64,000 nucleotides of DNA from an uncultured Pirellulales bacterium. Its GTDB lineage: Bacteria > Planctomycetota > Phycisphaerae > Sedimentisphaerales > Anaerobacaceae. The notes below the pieces were generated by a model. It was not told the origin of the DNA. It was given only the letters and a program-made list of their open reading frames with translations, and searched no databases. Location of the stretch: NCBI GenBank assembly GCA_964495465.1, contig CAZBWE010000001.1, forward strand, positions 2,572 to 66,571, in the 5' to 3' direction. Position 1 is the first letter of the stretch, and each line of letters starts with the position of its first letter. A program made the translations under genes and the position numbers. Shown here piece after piece: positions 17,795-27,888 of the stretch.

Positions 17795-17813
17795 CAACAT
17801 AAAGGGCTTTGTG

Positions 17814-18695
17814 CTAATCCAGAAACTTCTGCAGGACCGCCGCCGTATGCATCGCCAGCAACATAAGATAGTCTAGGTCGCTCAGGCTATAATGCTTGTG
17901 CATCATAGCGTTATCAACATATAACACGCCATAACAGCCGGCTGGTCGGATAATAGATGATATCATTGCAGACCGTATTCTTTCTTTTTCTTCCAAATGA
18001 GCAGCAACCCGGGGCAAAACCATCGATTGACCTTTTTCCAGCGCCTGCTCTATTTTTTCCATAAGTGTAATGTCACCGGCATCTACTGCCTTTCCATCCC
18101 GCCTTTTGCCTGCGTGATAAGTCATTGGGCCGGATGGCTGTTCTCTGAGAGCACACCAGACGTGAAATGCGCTAAACTGCTTTAACATCGTATTCAACAA
18201 AATAATCAACAATTCCTCGAGACCAGCTGCCCCGCAGATTGCCTCGGTCGCCTGTGAAAAATCACTCAATCTCTTGGCGGCTAAACGCATAGCAGGTGCG
18301 TGGCTGGCATCCGGCCTTCTTATTACTGTTTCATGCTGAGGTGTCGTAAGCTCGGCTTCCAGATGAACGGTATCTTCCATATGAATCTCTTCCTCAGTCC
18401 TGCTCTGCTCCTCGAAATCGATCTCGATGCTAAAATTTGTTATACGGAGACAATCACCTGTTTTAATTTCCGCCTTATGAACCGACTTATCATTCAGGTA
18501 TGTTTTGCTCGCAGAATCCAAATCTTGCACCATCCATTTGCCATCATCTGCACATACAATAATCGCATGCTTTCTTGAAACTGTCTTATCAGGCAGGAAA
18601 ATTTTGCTGTCAACCGCTCTTCCAATTGAAATAGGCCCATCATCAAATTGAAACTCTCTGACACTGCCGTCCTTTTGTTTCACAAGCAGATGCAT
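17814..18695 (-). CDS. FHA domain plus GAF-like domain protein
   Basis: 293 aa. FHA core: ISIGRAVDSKIFLPDKTVSRKHAIIVCADDGKWMVQDLDSASKTYLN. The C-terminal ~150 aa are GAF-like (GVLYVDNAMMHKHYSLSDLDYLMLLAMHTA). Confidence 0.75.
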   Translation of the reverse strand: MHLLVKQKDGSVREFQFDDGPISIGRAVDSKIFLPDKTVSRKHAIIVCADDGKWMVQDLDSASKTYLNDKSVHKAEIKTGDCLRITNFSIEIDFEEQSRTEEEIHMEDTVHLEAELTTPQHETVIRRPDASHAPAMRLAAKRLSDFSQATEAICGAAGLEELLIILLNTMLKQFSAFHVWCALREQPSGPMTYHAGKRRDGKAVDAGDITLMEKIEQALEKGQSMVLPRVAAHLEEKERIRSAMISSIIRPAGCYGVLYVDNAMMHKHYSLSDLDYLMLLAMHTAAVLQKFLD

Positions 18696-18926
18696 TGCTT
18701 TATTCCTCGATAATGGAATGGCTAATATTATATATAATTATTATCTAAAATCCAGCTATATTTGTCAAGGAAAATCAAATAATTCAGCCCTCTTCAAAGT
18801 AATTTGATTTTTCGATGATGTTTATATATCGACGTGATAGACGCTGATTTTGCTATCTTAAGCAAAACAAGCCACTTTTACACCAAAAGACAAGTAATCA
18901 GAACAAAGTGCTGGTCTCGTATTCCC

Positions 18927-19829
18927 CTAATCTGCGAGCCCGGCAGCTCTTTTAGCCGATTCTATAGTATTATAAAGCAGCATAGTGATTGTCATCGGGC
19001 CCACCCCGCCCGGAACCGGTGTTATAAGTGAGGCCTTTTCCTTCACCGCTTCAAAATCCACGTCACCGACAAGACGATAACCCTTTTTTTTAGTTGCATC
19101 ATCTACACGATTAACACCCACATCAATCACTACTGCTCCCTCTTTTATCATATCTGCCGTAATAGTGTTAGGCCGACCGGCAGCAGCAATAATAATATCC
19201 GCCTGCCTTGTGTGACGAGCAAGGTCCTTGGTGCGTGTGTGGCAGACTGTGACGGTAGCGTTGCGGTTCGGCTGTTTTTGAATGAGCATATTTGCCAGCG
19301 GCTTGCCCACAATATTACTTCGACCCACAATTACGACATCAGCACCCTCAATAGTTACGCCGCTTCGAACAAGCAATTGAATAATTCCATGCGGTGTGCA
19401 GGGCAAAAAGGCCTTTTCGCCTACCACCATTTTACCAACATTCATCGGATGAAATCCATCGACGTCTTTGGCTGAGTCAATTGACAAAAGGACATCGGCC
19501 TCATTAAGGTCTTCGGGTAAAGGCAACTGAACCAAAATGCCATTGATTTTAGGGTCTTTATTCATCCTCTCAACCAGGGCCATCAGGTCTTTTTGTGAAG
19601 TATCTGCGGGCAATCGGTTATCATCGGAATAAACACCAATCTCCTCACAGGTGCGCTCTTTTGCCGTAACATAGAACTTCGAGGCGGGGTCATCACCAAC
19701 CAGAATAACACCAAGTCCCGGCACAATTCCCTGCTCTTTCAATTTGGCTGCTTCGGCTTTCAATTCTTCTCGCATATCTGCCGCTACTTGTTCGCCATCT
19801 ATAATTTGTGCCGTCATCTTTATCTCCAA
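18927..19829 (-). CDS. folD: Bifunctional methylene-THF dehydrogenase / methenyl-THF cyclohydrolase
   Basis: Contains AQIIDGEQVAADMREEL..., PGLGVILVGDDPASKFYV, GILVQLPLP, VVIVGRSNIVGKPLA and ITPVPGGVGPMT. The start is at 19829 or 19817. Confidence 0.9.
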   Translation of the reverse strand: MEIKMTAQIIDGEQVAADMREELKAEAAKLKEQGIVPGLGVILVGDDPASKFYVTAKERTCEEIGVYSDDNRLPADTSQKDLMALVERMNKDPKINGILVQLPLPEDLNEADVLLSIDSAKDVDGFHPMNVGKMVVGEKAFLPCTPHGIIQLLVRSGVTIEGADVVIVGRSNIVGKPLANMLIQKQPNRNATVTVCHTRTKDLARHTRQADIIIAAAGRPNTITADMIKEGAVVIDVGVNRVDDATKKKGYRLVGDVDFEAVKEKASLITPVPGGVGPMTITMLLYNTIESAKRAAGLAD

Positions 19830-19871
19830 TATACGTCGTAAATCAGTTCCATTCCATCAAGCAAGTGCTTC

Positions 19872-21635
19872 TTAGAAAAGTCCTTGAACTCTTCCCGTGC
19901 TGGCGTCCACATCAATCCGCCGGAAAGCAGGATTTGAAGCAGTGCCCGGCATCAGTTTAAGCTTTCCGGCCACCGGCACAACAAAACCGGCACCTTTATA
20001 CACAAGAATGTCACTGATTGGAAGCTCCCAGCCGGTGGGTCTGCCCTTTATATCCGGGTCGTGGGATAAGCTAAGATGCGTCTTGACCATGCACGTTGCC
20101 ATTTCACTCGCTTGCGGGTCAGCTTCAAGGGCCTCGGCCTTGGCCAGCGACTTATCAGAATATGTTACGCCGTCAGCTCCATATACTTCCCTGGCAATCA
20201 GCTCAATTCGCTTCCTCAAAGGTGTATCCAAATCATAAAGGAACTTAAAATCGTTTTTTTCCTCACAGGCCTGAATTACAGCTTCTGCCAACTCTATTGC
20301 ACCATCGCCGCCTTTGAGCCAGTGCTCCGAAACCGCAGTTAAAGCGCCGTTTCTCTCGGCAATTTTGTGCACAAGCTCTATTTCGGCCCTGGTATCGGTG
20401 TGGAAGCTGTTGATACAAACCACCGGCCTGACACCACTTTTTTTAACGATTTCTATGTGGGCAACAAGATTCTCGCAACCCTTTTCCACCAATCCGAGAT
20501 TTTCAGTTGTATATTCATCAGCCAGAGGTATACCCGGTTTGACGACAGGGCCGCCGCCATGCATCTTCAGAGCGCGAATAGTAATAACAATAACAACAGC
20601 ATCAGGCACAAGACCGGACATACGACACTTTATATTCCAGAATTTTTCAAAACCAACATCCGCCCCGAATCCGCTTTCGGTTATATGATAATCACCCAGT
20701 TTGGTTCCTATCCTATCAGCAATGATAGAGCTTTGACCAATAGCAATATTCGCAAATGGGCCTGCATGCACAAATATAGGCTGGCCCTCAATGGTCTGCA
20801 ATAAATTCGGATTAATTGCATCAACCATCAAGGCCGTCATTGCACCGTCAACTTCGAGGTCGGCAGTAGTAACTTTGTTACCCTTTTTATCATACGCCAC
20901 AACAATTTTTGCTATCCGTTCCCGCAGGTCTTTCAAGTCCCCGGCAACCGACAGTATCGCCATCAATTCGCTTGACGCAGCAATTTGAAACCCAGAGTCC
21001 ATCTCGAAGCCATCCATTTTTCCACCTCGACCTATCCTTATGTTGCGAAGGGCCTGTGCGCAAAAATCCATCGCCCATAACATCTGAATTCTCCCGGGGT
21101 CAATATCGATTCTCTTGAGGTTGCTTTTGGCCAGGCGGGCATCATCATAGTTTCTCTCGTGCTGCATACGCGAAGTCAAAGCTACCATAGCAAGATTATG
21201 AGCATTTGCAATTGATTCGATATCGCCGGTGAGCCGGATTGATAAAGGCGTCAGAGGTATGCATTGTGCAAGCCCTCCGCCAGCGGCTGAACCTTTGATA
21301 TTGAAAGTTGGGCCGCTGCTTGACTGTCTTATCGCACCGACAACCCGTTTACCCATCTTACCCAGGCCTTCGATTAAGCCAATAGTAGTAGTCGTCTTTC
21401 CCTCACCCAGGTGTGTCGGCGTAATAGCTGTCACGTCAATATACTTTGCCGTGGGAACATCCTTCAGACGAGCAAGAATCCTTTGATAATCAACCTTAGC
21501 AAGCATACGACCCAAAGGAATAAGTTCACTATCTTCCAAACCCATCTCTTTGGCCAATTGGCTGACAGGTTTGGCAGTCTTTTCTGCTGCTTCAGCAATC
21601 TGCCAGTGCTCCATTTTTGTCGGGTCAAGGTTCAT
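19872..21635 (-). CDS. fhs: Formate-tetrahydrofolate ligase
   Basis: 587 aa. Contains [17 protein letters not shown] and [11 protein letters not shown], with full-length colinearity to Fhs. Confidence 0.9.
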   Translation of the reverse strand: MNLDPTKMEHWQIAEAAEKTAKPVSQLAKEMGLEDSELIPLGRMLAKVDYQRILARLKDVPTAKYIDVTAITPTHLGEGKTTTTIGLIEGLGKMGKRVVGAIRQSSSGPTFNIKGSAAGGGLAQCIPLTPLSIRLTGDIESIANAHNLAMVALTSRMQHERNYDDARLAKSNLKRIDIDPGRIQMLWAMDFCAQALRNIRIGRGGKMDGFEMDSGFQIAASSELMAILSVAGDLKDLRERIAKIVVAYDKKGNKVTTADLEVDGAMTALMVDAINPNLLQTIEGQPIFVHAGPFANIAIGQSSIIADRIGTKLGDYHITESGFGADVGFEKFWNIKCRMSGLVPDAVVIVITIRALKMHGGGPVVKPGIPLADEYTTENLGLVEKGCENLVAHIEIVKKSGVRPVVCINSFHTDTRAEIELVHKIAERNGALTAVSEHWLKGGDGAIELAEAVIQACEEKNDFKFLYDLDTPLRKRIELIAREVYGADGVTYSDKSLAKAEALEADPQASEMATCMVKTHLSLSHDPDIKGRPTGWELPISDILVYKGAGFVVPVAGKLKLMPGTASNPAFRRIDVDASTGRVQGLF

Positions 21636-21800
21636 AGATTACTCTCAATACTTATATACTTATATGCTTATGGTCCGTTGCTGCCCAAGCCAATCCCCCG
21701 CATTGCGCAGATACCGGTTACTATCATTGTAAGCCGCTCAAACAAATACATCAATAAAAATTGCCTACAAAGATTAGCAAATTTACAACGGTGAATACAA

Positions 21801-23227
21801 GTTAACTTTCGCACTTCTAATAAGCATTTAAGCTGCTGAGGCTAATGCTTCTATTAAAAACTTGAAATTTTTGTTATGTACGAACCTTTTACCGAACATA
21901 ATTTTAATTCTATCCCGCCAAAGCACTCGGCGAAGGCAGTTCAACGCATCTGCAAAGCTGGGAGCCAACTTGCCCGGGTACCACGGCTGAACAAAAAGGT
22001 ATCTCCGCTTCGATTTCTGACCAAGATACCACAGCCAGACCGCGGAATAAACCCACAGACTCATCGCTGCTGCTCGCTCGGGACCTTTGCGTTTCCAGAT
22101 CTGAGGTTCTTGGCCACCCATAAACTGCTTGGTGTTTTTGAAAGTATCCTCGATGCTCCATCTGCCCGCAAAGTCGCTTATTACCTCGGCGGCGGTAAGA
22201 CTCAAATCCGTGGTAAAGAAAAAATCGTCTTTCTCTTTGCCCGCAGGGACCTGACTGATTACCAGAAGCACCGGTTTCCGCGATACCCTGTACCATACAA
22301 CTTTTCTGATATATACAAGATGTTCTCTGCTCTTGCCTCGTTCGCAGGTTTGAATCCGTTGCCAGTTGGTTATTCTTTTCGCCAGTTTTTCCAGAGATGG
22401 AAGTTGTTTGCCTTTCTTGCGAGGCCTGCCCCTTGTCTTTTTTCTTTTCTTGCCCAGCAAATCGTAAGTATTTGCATCCCGACGCATACGCGAGATTATA
22501 TGAGTGTTGGGTATGTCCTCTCCTGCCAGAGAGGCGTAAAAACCGTCCGCACTGCACAGAAAACGCCTTTGAGGCAACCAGAGGGCAACTTCCGTGAGCA
22601 TCTGGCTGGCCAGTTTTATAAGAGTTGGCCCATCCTTCCGGTGAAGTCTCATATTGATAGGCAGGCCAAGGGGTTCGCCGCCCCATGGCGGATTTATTCT
22701 CAGTGTCCGTACTACCAGGTTCAGACCCCAAGCGTGGACTATGTTTGTACCGGTCGAGCGAACCGCGTCCCGCCACCAGCATGCACCATTGACTTTTCTG
22801 CCACTGCGATGAAACAGGGTGTCGGCCAGGTCGGTAGATATTACACCGGTTGGGTAAAATATTCCGACCAACAGAATCGTCAAAAGTCTCCACAATTCGC
22901 TCATTACCCAGAAAGCATCCGGGAAAAACCGGTGATAAGCATCGTGAGCCTTATGTCCGGCTGGGTCGGCGAATGGCAAAATACCGGTGATGGCGCGTTT
23001 TGCGGTGCAGAGGACCCAACCGGTTACGAGGTTGAGAAAACTTCCTGTCGTGGGAACGGTGAATATTGGAAAAAAGTGTTGAATTATCGTATCCCATGTC
23101 GAAGTAATAATTGTATTCATGCCAACCTCCATGTCTTATTTTTATTTCCAATAAAGACATCGGAAGGTTGGTATGTTTATGTTGACAAATCATTAAAATC
23201 AGCCGCCTAAAAAGTGCGAAAGTTAAC
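21801..23227 (-). mobile_element. Insertion sequence (IS701/IS4-like), 1427 bp, with perfect 16-bp terminal inverted repeats
   Basis: GTTAACTTTCGCACTT at 21801..21816 is the exact reverse complement of AAGTGCGAAAGTTAAC at 23212..23227. The element encloses a single DDE transposase gene. Confidence 0.8.
21828..23132 (-). CDS. DDE transposase (IS701/IS4 family-like)
   Basis: 434 aa. Candidate catalytic residues lie in ISTDLADTLFHRSGRKVNGA, LCSADGFYAS and WSIEDTFKNTKQFMG. A basic patch KKRKKTRGRPRKKGK is also present. Confidence 0.75.
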   Translation of the reverse strand: MEVGMNTIITSTWDTIIQHFFPIFTVPTTGSFLNLVTGWVLCTAKRAITGILPFADPAGHKAHDAYHRFFPDAFWVMSELWRLLTILLVGIFYPTGVISTDLADTLFHRSGRKVNGACWWRDAVRSTGTNIVHAWGLNLVVRTLRINPPWGGEPLGLPINMRLHRKDGPTLIKLASQMLTEVALWLPQRRFLCSADGFYASLAGEDIPNTHIISRMRRDANTYDLLGKKRKKTRGRPRKKGKQLPSLEKLAKRITNWQRIQTCERGKSREHLVYIRKVVWYRVSRKPVLLVISQVPAGKEKDDFFFTTDLSLTAAEVISDFAGRWSIEDTFKNTKQFMGGQEPQIWKRKGPERAAAMSLWVYSAVWLWYLGQKSKRRYLFVQPWYPGKLAPSFADALNCLRRVLWRDRIKIMFGKRFVHNKNFKFLIEALASAA

Positions 23228-23511
23228 AGTTATACATCAAGAATTTATTAGTCAACCCCAATAGGACAAGTTAGAGAATTAGAGGATTAGTTAATTGGTT
23301 AACCGGTTGATTGATTTGAGATTGCCACATCGCTACACTCCTGCAATGACCCCGCACGGGAACGATGGAAGAAGGACAATTAACGAGGAACGACGGAATA
23401 TCGAATATCGAACAAGGAATGTTGAATGAAGAAATAATTCGTTGGCCAGATCCTTTGCTGCAATCAGGATGAAAAAAAATACCGAGTGGAGGAATTGAGA
23501 ATTTAGAATTT

Positions 23512-25029
23512 TCAAGATGCTTCGGCGTTTTCTACTGCGGAAAGCAGGCCGTCAATGGTGTGCTCGGCGGCTTGCAAATCAACTTTTACGCCGAGGTCTT
23601 TCAACTGCTCGGAAGTTACAGGGCCAATCGATGCAACTTTGACATCGGATGAATTTACAATATCAGCGGAAACCCGCTCGAAGAAAATCCTCACAGAAGA
23701 AGGACTCGCAAAGATGAGCCAGTGCGCTTGGCCAGCTTTGATTTTCTCGATCAAATCGGCGGAATTGGGAATTTGCTTTTCGATAGTATAAAGCGGGACA
23801 TCGTGAATATCGGCGCCACCCTTCTGTAAGATATCTACAAGCTCCTTTGAAGCAAGCTCTGAACGAAGCAGTAAAATCCTTTTGTCCTGCAAATTCGTAA
23901 AGCGGATTAACTGCTCACCAAGCTCGGCACTTGTAAAAACCGTAGGAACGAAATCCGGGATTATTCCAAAGCCGGATAACTCGGCGGCGGTTTTGCTGCC
24001 CATCGAAGCGACTTTGGCAGAGCCGAAGACACGTGCGTCCTTCTTTAAGCTATGCAGGGCGTCAAAGAATACCGAGACGCCGTTTTTGCTGGTGAAGATG
24101 AGCCAGTCAAAATCGTGTATCTTAGCGAGGGCCTGAACGAATTTGTTCGTATGCGTCAGAGGTTTAATCTTGATGGTTGGAAAATCTATTGGATTGCCGC
24201 CCTTTCGGATAATTTTCGCAGCGAAATCGGCGTTGCCCGGGGCATTGCGCGTTACGACAATGCTTTTGCCAAACAACGGCTGATTCATAAACCAGTTCAA
24301 ACGCGGGTCGCTGTCGGCGGCGGCGCCGATAATGACAATCGCCGGCGGCTCGATATTTTCCTGCTCACAGGTTTCGCTTATCTGAGAAAGCGAAGATTTG
24401 ACAAGCCGCTGTTTCGCAAATGTGGCATCGGAGATAACGGCTGACGCGGTGTCTTTGCTCATACCATTGTCGATTAGCTGCTGAGCAATGAATTCGAGAT
24501 TTCCCATTGCCATATAGAAAACAATAGTGCCGGGGAACTTTGCGAGGACAGACCAGTTGATATTGCTCTGTTCTTTATCCGGCGCTTCCCGGCCCGTGAT
24601 AAAGACGACCTGCGAGCTGTATTCTCTATCAGTCAGCAAGATGCCGGCGTATTCTGCGGCGGCTATGGCAGCGGTTATACCGGGGACTATTTCAAAATCG
24701 ATGCCTGCATCGGCGAGAAGACGGGCCTCTTCGCCGCCCCTGGCAAAGATGCAGGGGTCGCCGCCCTTGAGGCGGACGACGGTTTTGCCGGAGGCGGCCT
24801 TTTCAAGAAGGAGCCTGTTAATCTCGTCCTGCGTGCAGGAACGGTCGCCGATGCGCTTAGGGACATGGACAAGCTCGGCGTCCTCACTGGCGAATTTGAG
24901 CAAGGCGGGATTGGCCAGGCGGTCGTAAATAATACAATCGGCCCGACCAAGAAGCTCGGCGCCGCGAACCGTAATCAAATCAGGGTCGCCCGGGCCGGCG
25001 CCAACGAGATAGACCATGGCTTTATTCAT
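23512..25029 (-). CDS. cobA: Uroporphyrinogen-III C-methyltransferase fused to uroporphyrinogen-III synthase
   Basis: 505 aa. N-terminal SUMT motifs: VYLVGAGPGDPDLITVRG and VVRLKGGDPCIFARGGEE. The C-terminal ~250 aa are HemD-like (WLIFTSKNGV, WLIFASPSSV). Confidence 0.85.
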   Translation of the reverse strand: MNKAMVYLVGAGPGDPDLITVRGAELLGRADCIIYDRLANPALLKFASEDAELVHVPKRIGDRSCTQDEINRLLLEKAASGKTVVRLKGGDPCIFARGGEEARLLADAGIDFEIVPGITAAIAAAEYAGILLTDREYSSQVVFITGREAPDKEQSNINWSVLAKFPGTIVFYMAMGNLEFIAQQLIDNGMSKDTASAVISDATFAKQRLVKSSLSQISETCEQENIEPPAIVIIGAAADSDPRLNWFMNQPLFGKSIVVTRNAPGNADFAAKIIRKGGNPIDFPTIKIKPLTHTNKFVQALAKIHDFDWLIFTSKNGVSVFFDALHSLKKDARVFGSAKVASMGSKTAAELSGFGIIPDFVPTVFTSAELGEQLIRFTNLQDKRILLLRSELASKELVDILQKGGADIHDVPLYTIEKQIPNSADLIEKIKAGQAHWLIFASPSSVRIFFERVSADIVNSSDVKVASIGPVTSEQLKDLGVKVDLQAAEHTIDGLLSAVENAEAS

Positions 25030-25315
25030 ATCAGATACCCGATGTTCATAATGAAATCCAAAATCCTAAACTCGAAATTCTAAACAAACTCAAATTACCA
25101 AAATACAAATGTTCAAACCATCTTTTGAAAACACAGGCTCACATTTTGGCTACAAATTCCACAGAATATGATACCAAAAATGTGCGGAGAATGCAAAAGT
25201 GGCTATAGGAAGATATAGCTTAGAAAATATCCAATCCCCGTTTTCACAAAGACAAGTATCGAAGCCCAGCAGAAAACATCAGGGCAGGCAGAAAGTGCTA
25301 AATAAAGAAGTAATG

Positions 25316-26239
25316 TTATTTTTCGAGAGATTCAAGGATTTGTTTTCCGCCGGCGGCGAGGAGGTCGTTGGCAAGGTGCTCGGCGAGCACAACGGCCTTT
25401 TCGGCTGGGCCTGTAATCTTACGTTTGATGAAATTTGAGCCATCGACACCAGATATAAATGCATTAATTTTTACATCCCTGCCAGTAATTTTCGCAAAGG
25501 CCCCTACCGGAGCGTGACAGCCGCACTGCATCGTTACCAAAATCTGTCTCTCGGCCAGGGTGAGCAGTCTTGCTTTTTCATCATCAATAACTTTTAGCAG
25601 CTTGTTCAGTTCGATATCATCAGCTCTTGCCTGAATGGCCAAAGCGCCCTGGGCAGGGGCAGGGATAAATTGCATAGGGTCAAAAGAAACGGAAATCTTT
25701 TCGGCCAGGCCGAGACGCTCAACGCCCGCCCGTGCAAGGATAATCGCATCGACTTTGCCGGCATCGAGTTTCCTTATTCGTGTGGGGACATTGCCTCGAA
25801 GAGGTGCCAGTTCAAAATCATTTCTCAGGTGCATAAGCTGGGCAGCCCTTCTTAGACTGGAAGTGCCAATCTTCGCAGACTGAGGAAGCTGCTGAATCGA
25901 ACCGATAGAATCGGCTGCAAGTAAACAATCCTCAGCAAACTGCCTGTCACAAATGGCAGCGATGGTTAGACCCTCGCGCTGGTGCGTGGGTAAATCCTTG
26001 AAGCTGTGAACGGCAAAGTCGGCCTCTTTGGCCAGCAAGGCATCTTCCACCTGCGAGGTAAAAAAACCGGTTGTTTTGAGGTCCCATAGAGCGGTGCGTC
26101 TATCACGGTCGCCTTTAGTAGTTATTTTTCTTACCTTAATTCGTATATCGGGATAAATTTTCCCAAGGGCATCAGTTACAATTCGGGTTTGAGCAACGGC
26201 AAGAGCGCCGCCACGAGCTGCAACGGTAAGGACTTTCAT
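25316..26239 (-). CDS. hemC: Hydroxymethylbilane synthase (porphobilinogen deaminase)
   Basis: 307 aa. Contains ALAVAQTRIV, IKVRKITTKGDR, FTSQVEDALL, DFAVHSFKDLP, GTSSLRR and GCHAPVGAF. Confidence 0.9.
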   Translation of the reverse strand: MKVLTVAARGGALAVAQTRIVTDALGKIYPDIRIKVRKITTKGDRDRRTALWDLKTTGFFTSQVEDALLAKEADFAVHSFKDLPTHQREGLTIAAICDRQFAEDCLLAADSIGSIQQLPQSAKIGTSSLRRAAQLMHLRNDFELAPLRGNVPTRIRKLDAGKVDAIILARAGVERLGLAEKISVSFDPMQFIPAPAQGALAIQARADDIELNKLLKVIDDEKARLLTLAERQILVTMQCGCHAPVGAFAKITGRDVKINAFISGVDGSNFIKRKITGPAEKAVVLAEHLANDLLAAGGKQILESLEK

Positions 26240-26283
26240 ACAAGGGCTTTCATTAACAACACAAGAAAAATATAAAAATCAAG

Positions 26284-26308
26284 CAAAACCCCCCGATAAA
26301 TCGGGGGG
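26284..26308 (-). terminator. Intrinsic terminator downstream of hemA
   Basis: The minus strand reads CCCCCCGA-TTTA-TCGGGGGG (26308..26289), followed by TTTTGCTTGATTTTT. Confidence 0.75.
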
Positions 26309-26319
26309 CTAAATACTGG

Positions 26320-26372
26320 ATTCCTGCGCTCCGTCGCCATAGCTTTGGAGCGTCGGCGACTTTCGCAGGAAT
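26320..26372. repeat. REP-like imperfect palindrome in the hemA-hemC spacer
   Basis: ATTCCTGCG (26320..26328) pairs with CGCAGGAAT (26364..26372). The inner arms GTCGCC (26333..26338) and GGCGAC (26355..26360) also pair. A direct repeat AATGACA sits at 26370 and 26391. Confidence 0.5.
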
Positions 26373-26420
26373 GACACACTATGCGCTCAGAATGACAATT
26401 TTTCATCGCAGGTATAAATA

Positions 26421-27689
26421 TCAGTCGTTGTCATCCTGAGAAAGGAACATTTTATTTATCAAGTCAACGGCCTGGAGCTGCTCAGAAGAAAGCTCTTCGC
26501 TTCCGCCGGCCTTAATGAAACTGACCGGGCCGTGCAAGACCTTCTTAACAAGAGATTCGGCAAACGCCCTCAATTTCTCACTGTCGTCGGCGGCAAAATC
26601 TTTTGCGTAACGGGCAGCTTCACTGTGAGCGAGATGGATACCCTTCTGGGTCAATTCTGAAATCACCGGCACAAGATTCAACGAGTTCAGCCAATCCGCA
26701 AATCTATCGGTAAATTCATCAACGATTGCGCGGGCCTTTGGAATTTCACTGCTTCGTTTCTCTATATTAAATTTAATTTGCTCATTCAAATCATCGATAT
26801 TGAACAGCGAAACGCACTCAAACCGACTTATTGAAGGTTGTATATCCCTCGGCACAGCAATATCTATTATCAAGAGGGGCTTCTTTCTTTTATTCAGGAC
26901 ATCCTTAACGGCCTGGTACTTTACAACCGGCTCAGCAGCGGCGGTCGAAGCAACCAGCAAATCAACATCAGGCAATTCGGCAGGTATATCACTTAGAGGA
27001 ATTATTCTGCCGGTCTTCAGGCGAGCCGTCATAGCTTCCGCTTTGCGAGGATTTCGATTTGCGACAATCAAGCGCGGCAGCCGGGCCTTGAGCAGATATC
27101 TTGCGGCCAGCTCGGCATTTTCACCTGCCCCTATGACCATCGCCGAGGCGGAAGATAAATCGAGCTTGGCCCGCGCCAGCTCCACCGCAGCGAGACTGAT
27201 AGAAACGGCACCGCAGTTAATGTTTGTTTTGGTCCGGACAGCTTTTCCCGCTCGAAAGGCGTTGTGAAAGAGGCGGTGAAATATCATTTTACTCATTCGG
27301 CAGTCAATGGACATCGAATAAGCGGATTTGACCTGGGATAAAATCTGATTCTCACCAATCATCTGTGAATCAAGGCCTGCGGCAACTTCAAAAAGATGGC
27401 GAACGACATCAATACCAGTGTTCTGAGTACTATACCTGTTCCAGGTTTCAACCGCATCCGGACATACGCATCTGATAAGCTCAGCAAGAAATTTTCTGCA
27501 ATCGAAATTTTTCCCTGCATAAAGATAAAACTCCAGCCGATTACAGGTCTGAAGAATAACGGCCTCGCTAATTTCCTCGACAGCATGCATTTGCCTTAGC
27601 ATAAACTGCTGCTGCTGCGTAAAAGAGACCTTCTCACGCAAATACACGGGGCAATTATGGTAAGTAATGTTATTGAGAACGAGCTTCAT
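26421..27689 (-). CDS. hemA: Glutamyl-tRNA reductase
   Basis: The start at MKLVLNNITYHNCPVYLREKV (27689) is preferred over 27746. Contains LQTCNRLEFYLY, a GAGE Rossmann motif and the C-terminal dimerisation helix. Confidence 0.85.
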   Translation of the reverse strand: MKLVLNNITYHNCPVYLREKVSFTQQQQFMLRQMHAVEEISEAVILQTCNRLEFYLYAGKNFDCRKFLAELIRCVCPDAVETWNRYSTQNTGIDVVRHLFEVAAGLDSQMIGENQILSQVKSAYSMSIDCRMSKMIFHRLFHNAFRAGKAVRTKTNINCGAVSISLAAVELARAKLDLSSASAMVIGAGENAELAARYLLKARLPRLIVANRNPRKAEAMTARLKTGRIIPLSDIPAELPDVDLLVASTAAAEPVVKYQAVKDVLNKRKKPLLIIDIAVPRDIQPSISRFECVSLFNIDDLNEQIKFNIEKRSSEIPKARAIVDEFTDRFADWLNSLNLVPVISELTQKGIHLAHSEAARYAKDFAADDSEKLRAFAESLVKKVLHGPVSFIKAGGSEELSSEQLQAVDLINKMFLSQDDND

Positions 27690-27888
27690 TAATACCGCCT
27701 TTAATCTCCATTGTTTGCCGACGGAACCGCATTTTAAGCAATACAATTATAAATATCAAGTCCAAAGCGGCTGTATAGGCAATGAATAAATAAAAATCAG
27801 CCGATAAAGCGGTGGGCAAAACATAAAAAAAGCCCATCCAGAGACTCCCCGCCTAACAATTAAGAGGGGCGAACGGGGCAAATAACAA

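Noticed and set aside
21636-21800. ZTP (pfl) or THF riboswitch in the fhs leader
   Set aside because: Only a weak resemblance was seen (GGCUUGGGCAG versus the CCGCCUGGGCA 3' element). The conserved 5' GACUGGCG-type subdomain is not found. A covariance-model search would be needed to revisit this.
21876-23210. 444-aa ORF on the plus strand spanning the whole IS element
   Set aside because: It is antisense to the transposase ORF, which carries recognisable DDE-type motifs. The plus-strand product is Arg/Pro/Ser-rich and low in complexity, with no motif. It is most likely a shadow ORF in a stop-poor region.
23492-25080. Imperfect inverted repeat (about 17 of 21 nt) flanking cobA-hemD, a possible MITE or cassette boundary
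   Set aside because: Both arms are A/T-rich and low in complexity, and they belong to a motif type seen in other spacers. There is no target-site duplication and no further element features.
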